Origin: Candidatus Cloacimonadales bacterium
GTDB taxonomy: Bacteria; Cloacimonadota; Cloacimonadia; Cloacimonadales; JAFGVF01
Direction: 5' to 3'
DNA: 64,000 bases
Assembly: GCA_963667035.1 (NCBI GenBank)
Contig: OY762964.1
Location: forward strand, 1,920,001 to 1,984,000
The translations under genes and the position numbers were made by a program. The number at the start of each line of letters is the position of its first letter. The stretch's first letter is position 1. Positions 10,588 to 21,363 of the stretch are shown in pieces. The notes under the pieces were generated by a model. That model was not told the DNA's origin. It was given only the letters and a program-made list of their open reading frames with translations, and searched no databases.

Positions 10588-12708
10588 ATGGATTACACAA
10601 AAGATGAAATTATCAAAGCTGAAGTTCCGGAAGATGAACTCTTAGCAGCTGAAGAGGCTTTACGTCACCAAGCTGAAGAGAATGCTGATATAAAACCGGA
10701 AAAAGAAGAAAAACAACTAACTGAAGAAGAATCACAGCATCAGGCTATGATTGATCTTATTGATCAGTCTTTCCCAGATTACAGTGCAGGTCAGATCGTT
10801 GAAGGAACAGTTGTCTCCGTTAACGATAAGGAAGTACTTGTTGATATCGGTGGAAAATCTGAAGGTGCTATTCCTGTATCTGAATTCAGTTATTCAGGTG
10901 TACCTTCATTCATGGATAAAATCCAGGTGATGGTAACACGCTTCGACGAAGGCAGAATTAAGCTTTCCAAGAAAAAAGCAGATTTCAAAGTTAACCTTGT
11001 TAAGGTTAAAGAAATCTTCGAAGCACAAGACCGTGTGCAAGGCATTCTTAGACGCAGAGTTAAGGGCGGAATGATTGTTGAGATTTTAGGTCTTGAAGCC
11101 TTTTTACCAGGCTCTCAGATTGCTCTCAAACCAATTCCTAATCTGGATCAGTTTATTGGTAAAGAACATACTTTTTACATCATCAAATTAGATGAAGAAC
11201 GTCGTAACATCATAGTTTCACGCAAGAAAGTTCTTGAGGAAGACCTTGAAAGTAAGAAACATGAAATTATCGACAGTATTAAAATTGATGCCGAGCTTGA
11301 AGGTGAAGTTAAAAACATTACCAATTACGGTGCATTCATTGATTTAGGTGGAATAGACGGACTTCTTCACATTCAGGATATGTCATGGGGAAGAATTAAT
11401 CATCCATCAGAAATGTTGAATATTGGCGACAAGCTCAAAGTTAAAGTGATTGACTTCGATAAAGAAAGCGGTCGCGTTGCCCTAGGTCTCAAACAACTTG
11501 TTCCTGAGCCATGGGCAAATGTTGATGCTAATTACCCTGAAGGTAAACAGGTTAAAGGCAAGGTTGTAAATATAGTTAATTACGGTGCATTTGTTGAGCT
11601 TGAACCGGGTGTAGAAGGATTGATTCATGTTTCAGAAATGTCGTGGACAAAATCTATTGTTAACCCTCACAAGTATGTGAAGATTGGTGAAACTGTTAAT
11701 GCAATCGTTTTGGCTATTGATAAAGTTAGTCATAAAATTTCTCTCGGGATGAAGCAGATGGCTCCTAACCCTTGGGTATCAATTGACGAAAGATATCCTA
11801 TCGGAACTCCTATCGAACGTAAAGTTAAGAATATCACAGAGTTTGGTGTATTCCTTGAACTTGAAGACGGTATTGACGGACTTGTTCATATCTCTGACAT
11901 CTCTTGGACAAAGCGTATTTATCATCCAAGAGAAATGTTTAAGAAGGGACAAATGGTTAAGGCTGTTGTTCTTGCTGTAGACAGAACACTCCATCGCATT
12001 GCTCTTGGTATCAAACAGATGAGCATCGACCCATGGAATAGTCTTGATACTCTTTTACCTCTTAACACAGAAATTATTGGTAAAGTTTCAAAGCTTATAC
12101 CTAAGGGACTTCTTGTTGACATTCCTGTTGACGGAGCTTCTGTTGAGGGCTTTGTTCCTATCTCTCATTTAGCTATTCCTAACTTAGAGCATCCGGAAGA
12201 GTTCTTCAGAATGAATGAAGAGCTTCCTCTAAAAGTTATTGAGCTTGATATGGAAAACCGTCGTCTTATCCTGTCTGTTAAAGCTTATTTCTTCTCAAGA
12301 GACCTTGATCTTCAAGAGACCTATGTGCAGTTCCATAATGAACAGCATGAAGAGATTATGAAACATCTCGAAGAAGAAAGAAAACGTCGAGAAGAAAGAA
12401 AGAAAAAAACTTCAAAGAAAAAAGACAATCCTAAAGCTGAGAAGAAAGAAGAAACTCCTATTGAGGAAGTTGTAGCTCCTGAAGTACAGGAATCAGCTCC
12501 TGTAACAGAAGAAGTTATTTCTGAGACTGTAGTTCAAGAGCTGATAGCTCCTGAGGCTGTAACAGAAGAAATTCCTGCTGAGGAAGTTGTAACTCCGGAA
12601 GTAGAGGAATCAGTTCCTGTAACAGAAGAAACTCCTACTGAAGAAGTGGTAGAAGAATCAGCTCCGGTTGAAGAAGTTATTGAAACTACAGAAGAGCCAA
12701 AAGAATAA
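10588..12708 (+). CDS. rpsA: 30S ribosomal protein S1 with long acidic C-terminal tail
   Basis: Six S1 repeats (YGAFIDLGGIDGLLHI etc.); AGGAGG RBS before ATG 10588. Confidence 0.96.
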   Translation: MDYTKDEIIKAEVPEDELLAAEEALRHQAEENADIKPEKEEKQLTEEESQHQAMIDLIDQSFPDYSAGQIVEGTVVSVNDKEVLVDIGGKSEGAIPVSEFSYSGVPSFMDKIQVMVTRFDEGRIKLSKKKADFKVNLVKVKEIFEAQDRVQGILRRRVKGGMIVEILGLEAFLPGSQIALKPIPNLDQFIGKEHTFYIIKLDEERRNIIVSRKKVLEEDLESKKHEIIDSIKIDAELEGEVKNITNYGAFIDLGGIDGLLHIQDMSWGRINHPSEMLNIGDKLKVKVIDFDKESGRVALGLKQLVPEPWANVDANYPEGKQVKGKVVNIVNYGAFVELEPGVEGLIHVSEMSWTKSIVNPHKYVKIGETVNAIVLAIDKVSHKISLGMKQMAPNPWVSIDERYPIGTPIERKVKNITEFGVFLELEDGIDGLVHISDISWTKRIYHPREMFKKGQMVKAVVLAVDRTLHRIALGIKQMSIDPWNSLDTLLPLNTEIIGKVSKLIPKGLLVDIPVDGASVEGFVPISHLAIPNLEHPEEFFRMNEELPLKVIELDMENRRLILSVKAYFFSRDLDLQETYVQFHNEQHEEIMKHLEEERKRREERKKKTSKKKDNPKAEKKEETPIEEVVAPEVQESAPVTEEVISETVVQELIAPEAVTEEIPAEEVVTPEVEESVPVTEETPTEEVVEESAPVEEVIETTEEPKE

Positions 12709-12748
12709 ATAAAGATTCTTATAAATAAAGGCGATCGTAAGATCGCCT

Positions 12749-14410
12749 CAGACCGTTTACAAACCCAGTTATGAAAATGACTGGGTTTTTACATTGTAAG
12801 TTTATTTCTGATTAGTTGAGTACAATATCAGGATAATGAGATTTAGCTCTATATTCGTCTAAACCAGAGCATATATTAACATAAAAAGCTAATAACATTG
12901 ATGCCACTTTCCCTGATATGCCATTGAAAAGGTATTTAACCAGTTTCTTTATGTTTTGAACTACTGATGTCATATATGCTTGTTCTCGAACTCGTTCTAT
13001 ACCTCGATATTTCGCATACCGATAACCATGAAGTTGCTTTGCATTTGCAAAGCTTCTCTCAATGGTTTCTTTTCGTTTTTTGTATATCTCTTTGCCACAA
13101 AAGGTTAACCTGTTTTTATGGATAATCTCTCTACTGTCTTCCCATACATGACGCATGATAACTTTTTGATGGTTCTTGCTCTCGGTGCATTTGTTAAGCA
13201 TTGGACAGTTTTTACAATAGCTACTCTCGGATGCATATTCATCATAACCGTTACGGTTTGTTGTTCGATATTTAAGCTCTTTCCCTTCTGGACAGATGTA
13301 TATGTCTCTATCTGAAATGAACTTAAAATCACGCTTCTTGAAAAGACCTTTTTTACCTCCAAGTCGACGATAACCTATTACTCCCATGATTCCCATATCT
13401 ACTAATTCTTTGCATATATTAGCTGTATCATACCCGGCATCAAGACCTACTGCCAGGACATCAAAACCAAAACGCTCTTGCTGCACTTTTAGCCTATCAA
13501 TATAGCAAGAACTGTCATTCACATTGCCGGCGGTAATATGAACATCTGTTATGAAGTTTACTTTAGGATCTACGGTTCTATGATCAAGATAGAAGAAACC
13601 TTGTGGTTTCTTGTCTCGCGTCATGAAACCACTGTCAGGATCTGTTTTACTAGACTTAATCTCTTTAACTTTGGGTGACGAACCGCCTTTAAAGTCATTG
13701 TCTTTAGGTGGGAGTGGCTTCTTACCGTGAGCTTTTCGGTTTTCATCCACTGTTTTATTTAGATCTTCAAGATAACTCTGAGGTGTGGTCTCTACTTTAA
13801 TTGATTCATATTTGCCTTTATTAGCATTAGCTTTCAGATGAGTTGAATCGCTATAAAGAACCTTGCCATCTACCAAACCATTCTCGATACCAAGTTTTAC
13901 AATATCAATGAAAATCTCTTCAAAAACAGTGCTATCAGTAAAGCGTCTGCGACGATTCTGGCTGAAGAGAGAATGACTCGGTATTTTATCAGTAAGCCCA
14001 TACCCTAAGAACCAGCGATATGCTACATTGACCTGAATCTCTCTGATTAGTTGTCGCTCAGAACGGATACCAAATAGATAACCAATAAAAAGCATTTTGA
14101 AGAAAGTTATGGGATGCACTGGGGGACGACCGTTGTCGGGGCAATACAAATGAGCAGTTCGGTCCATAATAAAACTAAAATCTATTACCCTGTCAATCTT
14201 GCGTAGAATATGATCTTCCGGGACAAGATCATCTATTATTACAAATTCCATTTGGGACTGTGTGTCAGAAACTTTTTTAAGCATAACCACCTCTAATTAT
14301 GATGGTTTAAGTATAAACTAAGGGGGTTTTTGTCAATGATTGATGTTCTTATTTTAAGCTAAAAAAAGACAAAGCTATGAAATCTTACTCATAGCTTTGT
14401 CAACAGTCTG
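12749..14410 (-). mobile_element. IS1182-family insertion sequence (1662 bp) with 20-bp target duplication
   Basis: Terminal IRs CAGACCGTTTACAAAC / CAGACTGTTGACAAAG; flanked by identical AGGCGATCGTAAGATCGCCT at 12729-12748 and 14411-14430. Confidence 0.92.
12812..14284 (-). CDS. IS1182-family transposase
   Basis: DLVPEDHILRKID, GRPP, RSERQL, DSTHLKANA, DAGY, C-x2-C zinc motif, RKETIERSFANAK. Confidence 0.93.
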   Translation of the reverse strand: MLKKVSDTQSQMEFVIIDDLVPEDHILRKIDRVIDFSFIMDRTAHLYCPDNGRPPVHPITFFKMLFIGYLFGIRSERQLIREIQVNVAYRWFLGYGLTDKIPSHSLFSQNRRRRFTDSTVFEEIFIDIVKLGIENGLVDGKVLYSDSTHLKANANKGKYESIKVETTPQSYLEDLNKTVDENRKAHGKKPLPPKDNDFKGGSSPKVKEIKSSKTDPDSGFMTRDKKPQGFFYLDHRTVDPKVNFITDVHITAGNVNDSSCYIDRLKVQQERFGFDVLAVGLDAGYDTANICKELVDMGIMGVIGYRRLGGKKGLFKKRDFKFISDRDIYICPEGKELKYRTTNRNGYDEYASESSYCKNCPMLNKCTESKNHQKVIMRHVWEDSREIIHKNRLTFCGKEIYKKRKETIERSFANAKQLHGYRYAKYRGIERVREQAYMTSVVQNIKKLVKYLFNGISGKVASMLLAFYVNICSGLDEYRAKSHYPDIVLN

Positions 14411-15383
14411 AGGCGATCGTAAGATCGCCTTTTTCTATATACTGTTGATTGAATAGTCATTGTTGGCGGAGCTAATTCTCTTATTTGAGCCTCGTTTAGA
14501 TAGTTGTTACCAATGAAACTAACGTACACTACACTATTCGGATTAAGTTTACTTAGCTCATTCTCTAAATACTCTTCATAGTCATCAACATCGGGAACTT
14601 CTATCTTACACATAGGTCTGGTACTGAGATCTCTGAATCTATAGCTTAAGTTTGAACTCAGATGTATTTCTACAAATCCCTTTTGTTCATCGATTTCAGC
14701 TATCGAAGTACGTTCTGTAGAACCTGAGTAAACAATTGGAGTATTGTTTACGTATCTCACTTGTCTTCTATGTATATGTCCAGCTAAAACCATGTCAAAT
14801 TCGTTCAACAATGGAGTTAAGGCTATTGTATCTTCCCTATTGTAAAACGTGAAGTTACCGGGACCAACTTGAGCCCCATCGAAAGGATGGTGAACCAGAA
14901 GTAGCTCTAAATCACTTCTTTGATCCATATTGATTTCAGAAAGAATTTTAGAGAATTCGGTCCTAATATTCCCTTATAGAATGGGAAGCCTGTAATTGCT
15001 ATAGATCTTTCATTGATAGATAATGTAACTCTCATTGGTTCAGTAATAAAATGTATGTTAGGAGCAGCTATCAAGATGGATTCAGGGAGATTGGAGCGTT
15101 CATGATTACCGGGTAATAGAACAATTGGAATACCATTACTTGAAAATTTTAATAATCGCATGTAGACCTTATCTATTATAAAAAGTGGAATTTTACTTCT
15201 AAAGAAGAGGTCTCCACCATGAATAACCAAGTTAAATTTCTCTTTAACAGCAATATCCAAAATCGTTTCAAAGCTATTGAAGAAATCTACTCCACGACGG
15301 CGTTTCATGGTTCTGGGATTAACAGGATAATCAAACCCCAAATGTGTATCACTAAAGAAGAGTATTTTTAATGAATCAGGCAA
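14389..15383 (-). pseudogene. SbcD/Mre11-like metallophosphoesterase, split by an apparent 1-nt deletion near 14970
   Basis: 5' ORF has SDTHLG, GDLF, GNHE; 3' ORF has GHIH and YSGS. Adding one A at AAG GGA A^TA restores FYKGNIRTEFSKILSEINMDQR in frame. Confidence 0.8.
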
Positions 15384-15386
15384 ACC

Positions 15387-16151
15387 TTATAGTTCTATTT
15401 CAGGATGTTCCTGTTTTACACGATGAATGATAGCATGCAATTCTGTGATTTCTTCTTCACGCTGTTTTAGAATCTTTCTTTCGGATTCTCTCTCATCACT
15501 TTCTTCCAGCAATCTAAATAAAATCATTTTTATAAGGCTCGTAATTCTTCTAACTAAACCAAACCCAATCAGTAAAATAAGAGCAAGAAAACTTAAGAAA
15601 TAGATACTTCTTCTTTTACGCCAAGTTTTGACTTTCTCTTCAAGATCAACGTGGTCTTTGTAGTGTTCATTTTGTAGTAAATCCAAAACTTGAATGTATT
15701 CTTTTGAGTTCTTAATAAGCTCTTGTGCTTTTTCTCTACTAATTGAGTTTTGAAAAACGATAGTGTTAAACTGGTCTTTTACAAGATTTGTGTTAGTTTG
15801 ATATTTATCCTCTTTATGTATTGTTTGAAGGAGTACAATCATTGATATATCTTTTTTTGCTGTCTGATATGCAGTCAAAGCATCCGTCGTAGAAATGTTA
15901 ATATCAGTCAATTTTGGGGAAGCCATCTCTTCGATAAGGCTGTTAATTATATGTAAATATTGCTCTTTCACAGAAGCACAATGTAATGAGGTTGCCAAAT
16001 GATAGCTGTTAGAGACCCATATCATTTTACCTGAACGAGATTGATACCAACCAAAATAAAGCCCTGTCACAATACCAAAAACTAGAATCATACCAACAAG
16101 CACGTTAATATAGTGCTTCACTGTTTCAAACCATACACTCTTATCTGCCAT
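15387..16151 (-). CDS. Hypothetical membrane protein (two TM helices, helical periplasmic domain, coiled-coil tail)
   Basis: Hydrophobic segments near the N-terminus and near residue 185; tightly packed between panC and the phosphoesterase. Confidence 0.65.
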   Translation of the reverse strand: MADKSVWFETVKHYINVLVGMILVFGIVTGLYFGWYQSRSGKMIWVSNSYHLATSLHCASVKEQYLHIINSLIEEMASPKLTDINISTTDALTAYQTAKKDISMIVLLQTIHKEDKYQTNTNLVKDQFNTIVFQNSISREKAQELIKNSKEYIQVLDLLQNEHYKDHVDLEEKVKTWRKRRSIYFLSFLALILLIGFGLVRRITSLIKMILFRLLEESDERESERKILKQREEEITELHAIIHRVKQEHPEIEL

Positions 16152-16152
16152 T

Positions 16153-16989
16153 TTACCTCAAATCAGAGTTGTCAATTAATCTTGTACTCTCAATAAATAC
16201 AGCCAGAACAACTCTAGTATTATTATCAACATCAATTTTAGTTCGTAAAGTATCTTTGTCAACAAATTCGATGTAATCAACAACTCCATTGGCATTTGAA
16301 ATAATCGATTCCATCTCTTTTCTTATATTATCAACTTTTGTTTCACCTGATATGAATAGTTCTCTGGCTTTATTGATTGATTTTTTCAAACATAGAGCTC
16401 TCACTCTTTCATCATCATTAAGATACTTATTTCTAGAGCTTAAGGCTAGTCCATCTTCTTCTCTGACAATCGGGCATGTTACTATTTTAGTTTTAAAGTG
16501 AAGTTCATTAATCATTTTTTTAAGTACTGCAACTTGTTGATAATCCTTTTCTCCCATATACATGAAATCAGGTTGAACTATGTTCATAAGCTTAGCAACA
16601 ATCGTAGCCACACCCCTAAAATGACCAGGTCTTGATTTGCCGCAAAGTATCTCAGTTATCTCTTCCACATTAATCCAACTGCCATATCCTACCGGATACA
16701 TCTCGTCATCATAAGGAAGGAATACAAAGCCGGCTCCAGCTTTCTTAGCTTTTTCAAGATCTTCACGCAAAGTTCTCGGGTAGTTGCTTAAATCTTCATT
16801 TTCACCAAATTGGCTCGGATTCACATAAATGCTCAGTACAACTTCAGAACATTCTTCACGAGCTTTTTTGATTAAACTGATATGCCCCTCATGTAAGGCT
16901 CCCATAGTGGGAACAAAACCTATTTTCTTATTCCATAAAGGCTTTTGTGTAAGAGCTTGCATCTCTTCTATTGTTTCTATCACTCTCAT
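16153..16989 (-). CDS. panC: Pantoate--beta-alanine ligase
   Basis: PTMGALHEGH, RPGHFRGV, GEKDYQQ, LSSRN, RLIDN. Confidence 0.96.
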   Translation of the reverse strand: MRVIETIEEMQALTQKPLWNKKIGFVPTMGALHEGHISLIKKAREECSEVVLSIYVNPSQFGENEDLSNYPRTLREDLEKAKKAGAGFVFLPYDDEMYPVGYGSWINVEEITEILCGKSRPGHFRGVATIVAKLMNIVQPDFMYMGEKDYQQVAVLKKMINELHFKTKIVTCPIVREEDGLALSSRNKYLNDDERVRALCLKKSINKARELFISGETKVDNIRKEMESIISNANGVVDYIEFVDKDTLRTKIDVDNNTRVVLAVFIESTRLIDNSDLR

Positions 16990-16997
16990 TAAAGCCC

Positions 16998-17354
16998 CTA
17001 TTTTCTATCTATAATCTTGTTCTCTTCATCAACGATAATTACATTCGGTTTAAGAGTTTTCAATTCTTCTTCATTGAGCTGAACAAAGTTTACTATAATT
17101 ACTTTATCTCCTCTTCTAACCAAACGGGCAGCAGCACCATTAACTCCGATAATACCACTTCCAGGTTCACCCTCTATGACATAAGTTGCAAAGCGATTGC
17201 CATTATCAATATCATATATTTCCACTTTCTCATTAGGTAAAATTCCAGTCACATCCAAAAGCTCTTTATCTATAGTAACACTTCCTACATAATCAAGGTC
17301 AGTTTGAGTTATAGTAGCTCTATGTATTTTAGCATATAACATTGTTCTAAGCAT
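16998..17354 (-). CDS. panD: Aspartate 1-decarboxylase
   Basis: [20 protein letters not shown]. Confidence 0.96.
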   Translation of the reverse strand: MLRTMLYAKIHRATITQTDLDYVGSVTIDKELLDVTGILPNEKVEIYDIDNGNRFATYVIEGEPGSGIIGVNGAAARLVRRGDKVIIVNFVQLNEEELKTLKPNVIIVDEENKIIDRK

Positions 17355-17593
17355 CTTTTCCTCCTGCTTAAATATAATGTCAAGATTTTGGCTTCATAGA
17401 AATTGTAAACAAATTTCCTTCCTTTGTTAGTATAGAGAATAGTCAATCTTCAAATGAGCTATTCATATCTTAGTTTGTCCTCTAAAAACGAGATACTATT
17501 CCACTTTCTCTCGCAATGGGATAAGCAAATATGCATAGAACAAGCAACCAATCACACCTATTCAAACAATTATACAATAATTGAAACAATATA

Positions 17594-18664
17594 TCAGACA
17601 ATCTTCTTTTCTATATAATTGGAGTTCATTAATCTAAGCAAACCCATGTAATCCATCCCGAATGCTAAGTGGTCACCCACTTTGTAGTTAGCCGGATTAT
17701 CTTCTAGTTCTATCACAATCATGTCTGAACTGGCTCCTGCAAATTTGATTCTATTATCCTTAGGGAAAATATGCTTCTCGTCAACATCCAATAATCCTAG
17801 GTCAATGATTGCCCTGTAGGCTTTCTTGCCTTTATCTTCTTCATCGAACTCTGCAGTTTTGCCTTCAAGATTAGTTCCACGATTTCCGGTTGGTACTATA
17901 GGTTTCTCTGCCAGTTCAATTATCTGTGCATACAATGTAAAAACATTATTGTGCATATCTTCTAAAAGTTTATCACTATATACATCCGTTCCCAGATACA
18001 AACTTTCCCCTACTCTGAAGTGATTAATACCTTTAGGTAGACTATTGTTAAAAATCAATGGTAAAACTACTGAACTCCCTCCCGAGACATAAGGGATTTG
18101 TTTATTGAATTTAGCTTCTATAAGTTGCTCATAAAGACTTAGTTGGATAAGTTTATCCTGACTCGGTAAAACTCCGTACAAGCAAGTAAAGTTTGCTCCA
18201 ATTCCTACCACTTCAAGATTTGGGAGTTGGAAAACTTTCTCATAGAACTTTATAAAATCATCCCTTAAGACTCCTTCCCTGAGTTCTCCCATTTCAATCA
18301 TGATAATAATCTTATGATTTTTATTTTGTTTAACAGCAGCTTTTGACAATGCTCTTATTGTCATTAACTCAGTATTCATGCTAATATCGGCATATTTTAC
18401 AACATTAGCAATCTGGCGTTTAGCAGGTGGTTTAATATAAATTGTCTCTATATCAGGATTCATTGCTTTAATAATCTTTAGATTAGTTAATCTTGAGTCA
18501 CATACCTGAGTTACTCCACACGCATTGATCTCTTCTAAGAATGTTTTGTTACCACATAACACTTTAGTAACAACAGCCCATTTTATCTTATTCTTAATGA
18601 AGAGATTATCCAGATATGTATAGTTCTCTCTAAATTTCTGTCTATCTAATGCTAGAAATGCCAT
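17594..18664 (-). CDS. Alanine/ornithine racemase-family PLP-dependent enzyme
   Basis: VTKVLCG (PLP Lys), MGELREG, SGGSS, FRVGE, GASSD. Confidence 0.85.
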   Translation of the reverse strand: MAFLALDRQKFRENYTYLDNLFIKNKIKWAVVTKVLCGNKTFLEEINACGVTQVCDSRLTNLKIIKAMNPDIETIYIKPPAKRQIANVVKYADISMNTELMTIRALSKAAVKQNKNHKIIIMIEMGELREGVLRDDFIKFYEKVFQLPNLEVVGIGANFTCLYGVLPSQDKLIQLSLYEQLIEAKFNKQIPYVSGGSSVVLPLIFNNSLPKGINHFRVGESLYLGTDVYSDKLLEDMHNNVFTLYAQIIELAEKPIVPTGNRGTNLEGKTAEFDEEDKGKKAYRAIIDLGLLDVDEKHIFPKDNRIKFAGASSDMIVIELEDNPANYKVGDHLAFGMDYMGLLRLMNSNYIEKKIV

Positions 18665-18676
18665 GATACACCTCTT

Positions 18677-19120
18677 TTATCTTGTATAACGCATCTCTAC
18701 GTATTTAGTTTTAAATCCGACTTTCTCATATAGGTGGATTGCGGGATTATTCTTTTCAACATGAAGTTTGATGGAACCTTTGGTAATCTCAATCACCTCC
18801 TTCATAAGCATCTTACCGATTCCTTTGCCTCTCATTGTATTGTCAACAGCTATATAAACCAGTATTGTCTCAGGAATGTAACCTTTCATACCTGTGTTAT
18901 TAAGAATCACTGCTCCTACTGTATTACCTTCAAAAGTACAATCAATGATTTTACCACCAAATGATTTATGGCGTTCCATAGCATAATCATAACATAATTG
19001 AATCTGCTCTATCGGATCTCCATACTCTTCTAAAGCAGCATATAAAAAACTTACTATTTCCTTTTCTTTACTAATTGTCGGTTCGTTAATTCGGTCATAA
19101 ATGGTAATGTCAAAAGACAT
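18677..19120 (-). CDS. GNAT acetyltransferase
   Basis: YIAVDNTMRGKGIGK and NPAIHLYEKVGF. Confidence 0.9.
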   Translation of the reverse strand: MSFDITIYDRINEPTISKEKEIVSFLYAALEEYGDPIEQIQLCYDYAMERHKSFGGKIIDCTFEGNTVGAVILNNTGMKGYIPETILVYIAVDNTMRGKGIGKMLMKEVIEITKGSIKLHVEKNNPAIHLYEKVGFKTKYVEMRYTR

Positions 19121-19322
19121 AATTCTCCTTAAACTGTGTGTGAGGTTAACGATTTTCTAGATGTTAATTTTGAAATGAACTTATAAATGTTATATTGTCA
19201 TTTTCATGAAAAAGAGATATACGTCAAGGAGGAAAATTAAGAGTTGAGATTTCTTAAGTAATATATTTAAATATATGTTACGTTAACTACACACCCTAAA
19301 TCAAGGCATATCAGGTAGTTGT

Positions 19323-19355
19323 AAAAATAGAGGATTCTACTAGTAGAATCCTCTA
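19323..19355 (-). terminator. Intrinsic terminator
   Basis: Perfect 28-bp palindrome TAGAGGATTCTACTAGTAGAATCCTCTA with a U-tract on the minus strand. Confidence 0.75.
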
Positions 19356-19374
19356 AAAAATCTGAAATTATTGT

Positions 19375-20364
19375 TTATTTTCTCTCGAATGCTCTTTTAA
19401 CAATACATAAGATGTTTGTTCCATCAGAAGAGAATGTTGCTTCCCTAACAGAGCTTCTCAGAGTTAGAACAGTATTGTTTACCAAATCAATTAAGTAGTT
19501 TATATCCTTGCTATCATCTCCGACAAGAATCTTTGTTTGACTTGGAGAAAGAGCAATCTCACCGGATATATTGCTATATGATTGCCTTGTAAACTGATTA
19601 GTTGCCAAATCATAGTATGTAAGATAATTTACCCCTGAATCAACTTCTACACCTATAATCTTCCCTAACTCTTCACTGTATACCATTGATTTGAGAGTAA
19701 TCAACTTATTAACGTGCTCAATCCCTTGCAGATGATTCACTCTATAAAAATGGTCATCTGAAGAATAGTAATAGTTGCTATCATTAGCACAGCCAAGAAC
19801 TGTAGAATGTGATCTAACATGTGTAGTAGTCAATAGATAATCAAGTTTATCATTCACAATATCATATTTCATTAACATGAATCTATCAGCAAAACTTTCA
19901 TTGGTATCCTGCCAATAGAACACGAAATCTCCACTGTCTGAGAAACAAACACCTTTGACTGTTGTACTATTATCATTAATCAATACTGTTCCGCTCCCAT
20001 CACTATTAACTAAGAACAGGGCTTTACCTAACATAACAACAAATGCATCTCTATTCCTACTTACGGCTACTACATCATTCATATCAGGGACAATCATTCT
20101 GTAGTATTCGCCATCAGTTGTTAAGACTCTTATTTCATTGGTATAAGCCACTTCATCTTGCAGGATGTATTCTTGATTATCAATATTGATGTAGTTATAA
20201 TTTCCATCAGGTATATCCAGATAACTCAATATAGGACCATTCAATGATCTTATTGCAACATAATCTCTATAATAGTAATCTTTTGTTTCATCATCAAAAA
20301 GTGAACTGCACCCGTTAAGAATGATTGCTAAAGTTATAATAGACAGCAAATATATTCTTTTCAT
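19375..20364 (-). CDS. Lipoprotein with TolB-like beta-propeller repeats
   Basis: LNGC lipobox; FSDSGD, LSPSQTKI, FSSDGTNI blade-like motifs. Confidence 0.6.
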   Translation of the reverse strand: MKRIYLLSIITLAIILNGCSSLFDDETKDYYYRDYVAIRSLNGPILSYLDIPDGNYNYINIDNQEYILQDEVAYTNEIRVLTTDGEYYRMIVPDMNDVVAVSRNRDAFVVMLGKALFLVNSDGSGTVLINDNSTTVKGVCFSDSGDFVFYWQDTNESFADRFMLMKYDIVNDKLDYLLTTTHVRSHSTVLGCANDSNYYYSSDDHFYRVNHLQGIEHVNKLITLKSMVYSEELGKIIGVEVDSGVNYLTYYDLATNQFTRQSYSNISGEIALSPSQTKILVGDDSKDINYLIDLVNNTVLTLRSSVREATFSSDGTNILCIVKRAFERK

Positions 20365-20373
20365 GTAAACCCC

Positions 20374-21363
20374 CTAATCTACTTCAATCATACCGGCAAT
20401 ATATTCACCATATTCTGAAATTGACGGTTGGGTTTTAAATTTTTTACCTATTAATGTCTCATCCATAGTAGCAAGGTCAATCAAGTAGTTATCTATGATT
20501 ATGTTTTGCCCATCTCTGTAGAATTTAGGAAATGATACACCCTCAACGAACTCATTTATTTGCTTTCTATATATCTCTTCTCCTGATAGCATATCCATTA
20601 CAACCAATTGTTTTCCTGGAGTGTAATATGCTAATCTTTGAGCATCCATTTGATAATCAAAGAATGAGATATCCTCTTCCGTGATTGTTTCAAATGTTCC
20701 TGTTTCTAAATTGAGTAATGCTAGTTGCCCAAATATCGTGTTTCTTCCATAATCATAAAGTTTACCGATGATCAAATCATCATTAATAGATTTGCAATTA
20801 GAGAAGATATAACGACTATCAGAATAGATAATTCTCTTTTCCTGTGTTTCTATGTTTATGGAATATAGTGATCTAAGATCTCCATCTCTCGTTTGATATA
20901 TCAATTCGGTTTCGGAAGAGTTAAAGAAAGGCCATAGCATATTAGAAGATTCAGTAACTATGATTTTAGTCTCTCTTGTAACAACATCAACAATTCTTAA
21001 AATACCACCTGAATAATAGCATATCTTAGTGCCATTATTTGATAATGAGAAATCATCCGGTGTAATCCATTCATTAACTGAATTCCCGAATCTATCTAAT
21101 TCGTGACCTGAAGTCGTATACATTCTTAGATAAGAGCCGGTAATACCCATTAATCTATAGACTTCATCATTATCATCATCGGGATTAAAGAACATGTATG
21201 ACTGTTTATAAAAACCGGTAATCCTAGCAACTTCCTCTTGATCCAGATCCAATATTAAGACATTATAGTTATTTATGTCATAATCATTAAAGCCATCATC
21301 ATAACAACCGAATAACCAAACACCTATTAAAGTAAGTAAGATTGTTTTAGAAAATATTCTCAT
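20374..21363 (-). CDS. Lipoprotein with TolB-like beta-propeller repeats
   Basis: LFGC lipobox; LSNNGTKI, PKFYRDG, PSISEYG motifs; AGGAGG RBS. Confidence 0.6.
   Translation of the reverse strand: MRIFSKTILLTLIGVWLFGCYDDGFNDYDINNYNVLILDLDQEEVARITGFYKQSYMFFNPDDDNDEVYRLMGITGSYLRMYTTSGHELDRFGNSVNEWITPDDFSLSNNGTKICYYSGGILRIVDVVTRETKIIVTESSNMLWPFFNSSETELIYQTRDGDLRSLYSINIETQEKRIIYSDSRYIFSNCKSINDDLIIGKLYDYGRNTIFGQLALLNLETGTFETITEEDISFFDYQMDAQRLAYYTPGKQLVVMDMLSGEEIYRKQINEFVEGVSFPKFYRDGQNIIIDNYLIDLATMDETLIGKKFKTQPSISEYGEYIAGMIEVD

Noticed and set aside
9702..12708. IspH-RpsA fusion or frameshift
   Set aside because: ispH has a clean stop and rpsA has its own AGGAGG RBS and ATG at 10588.
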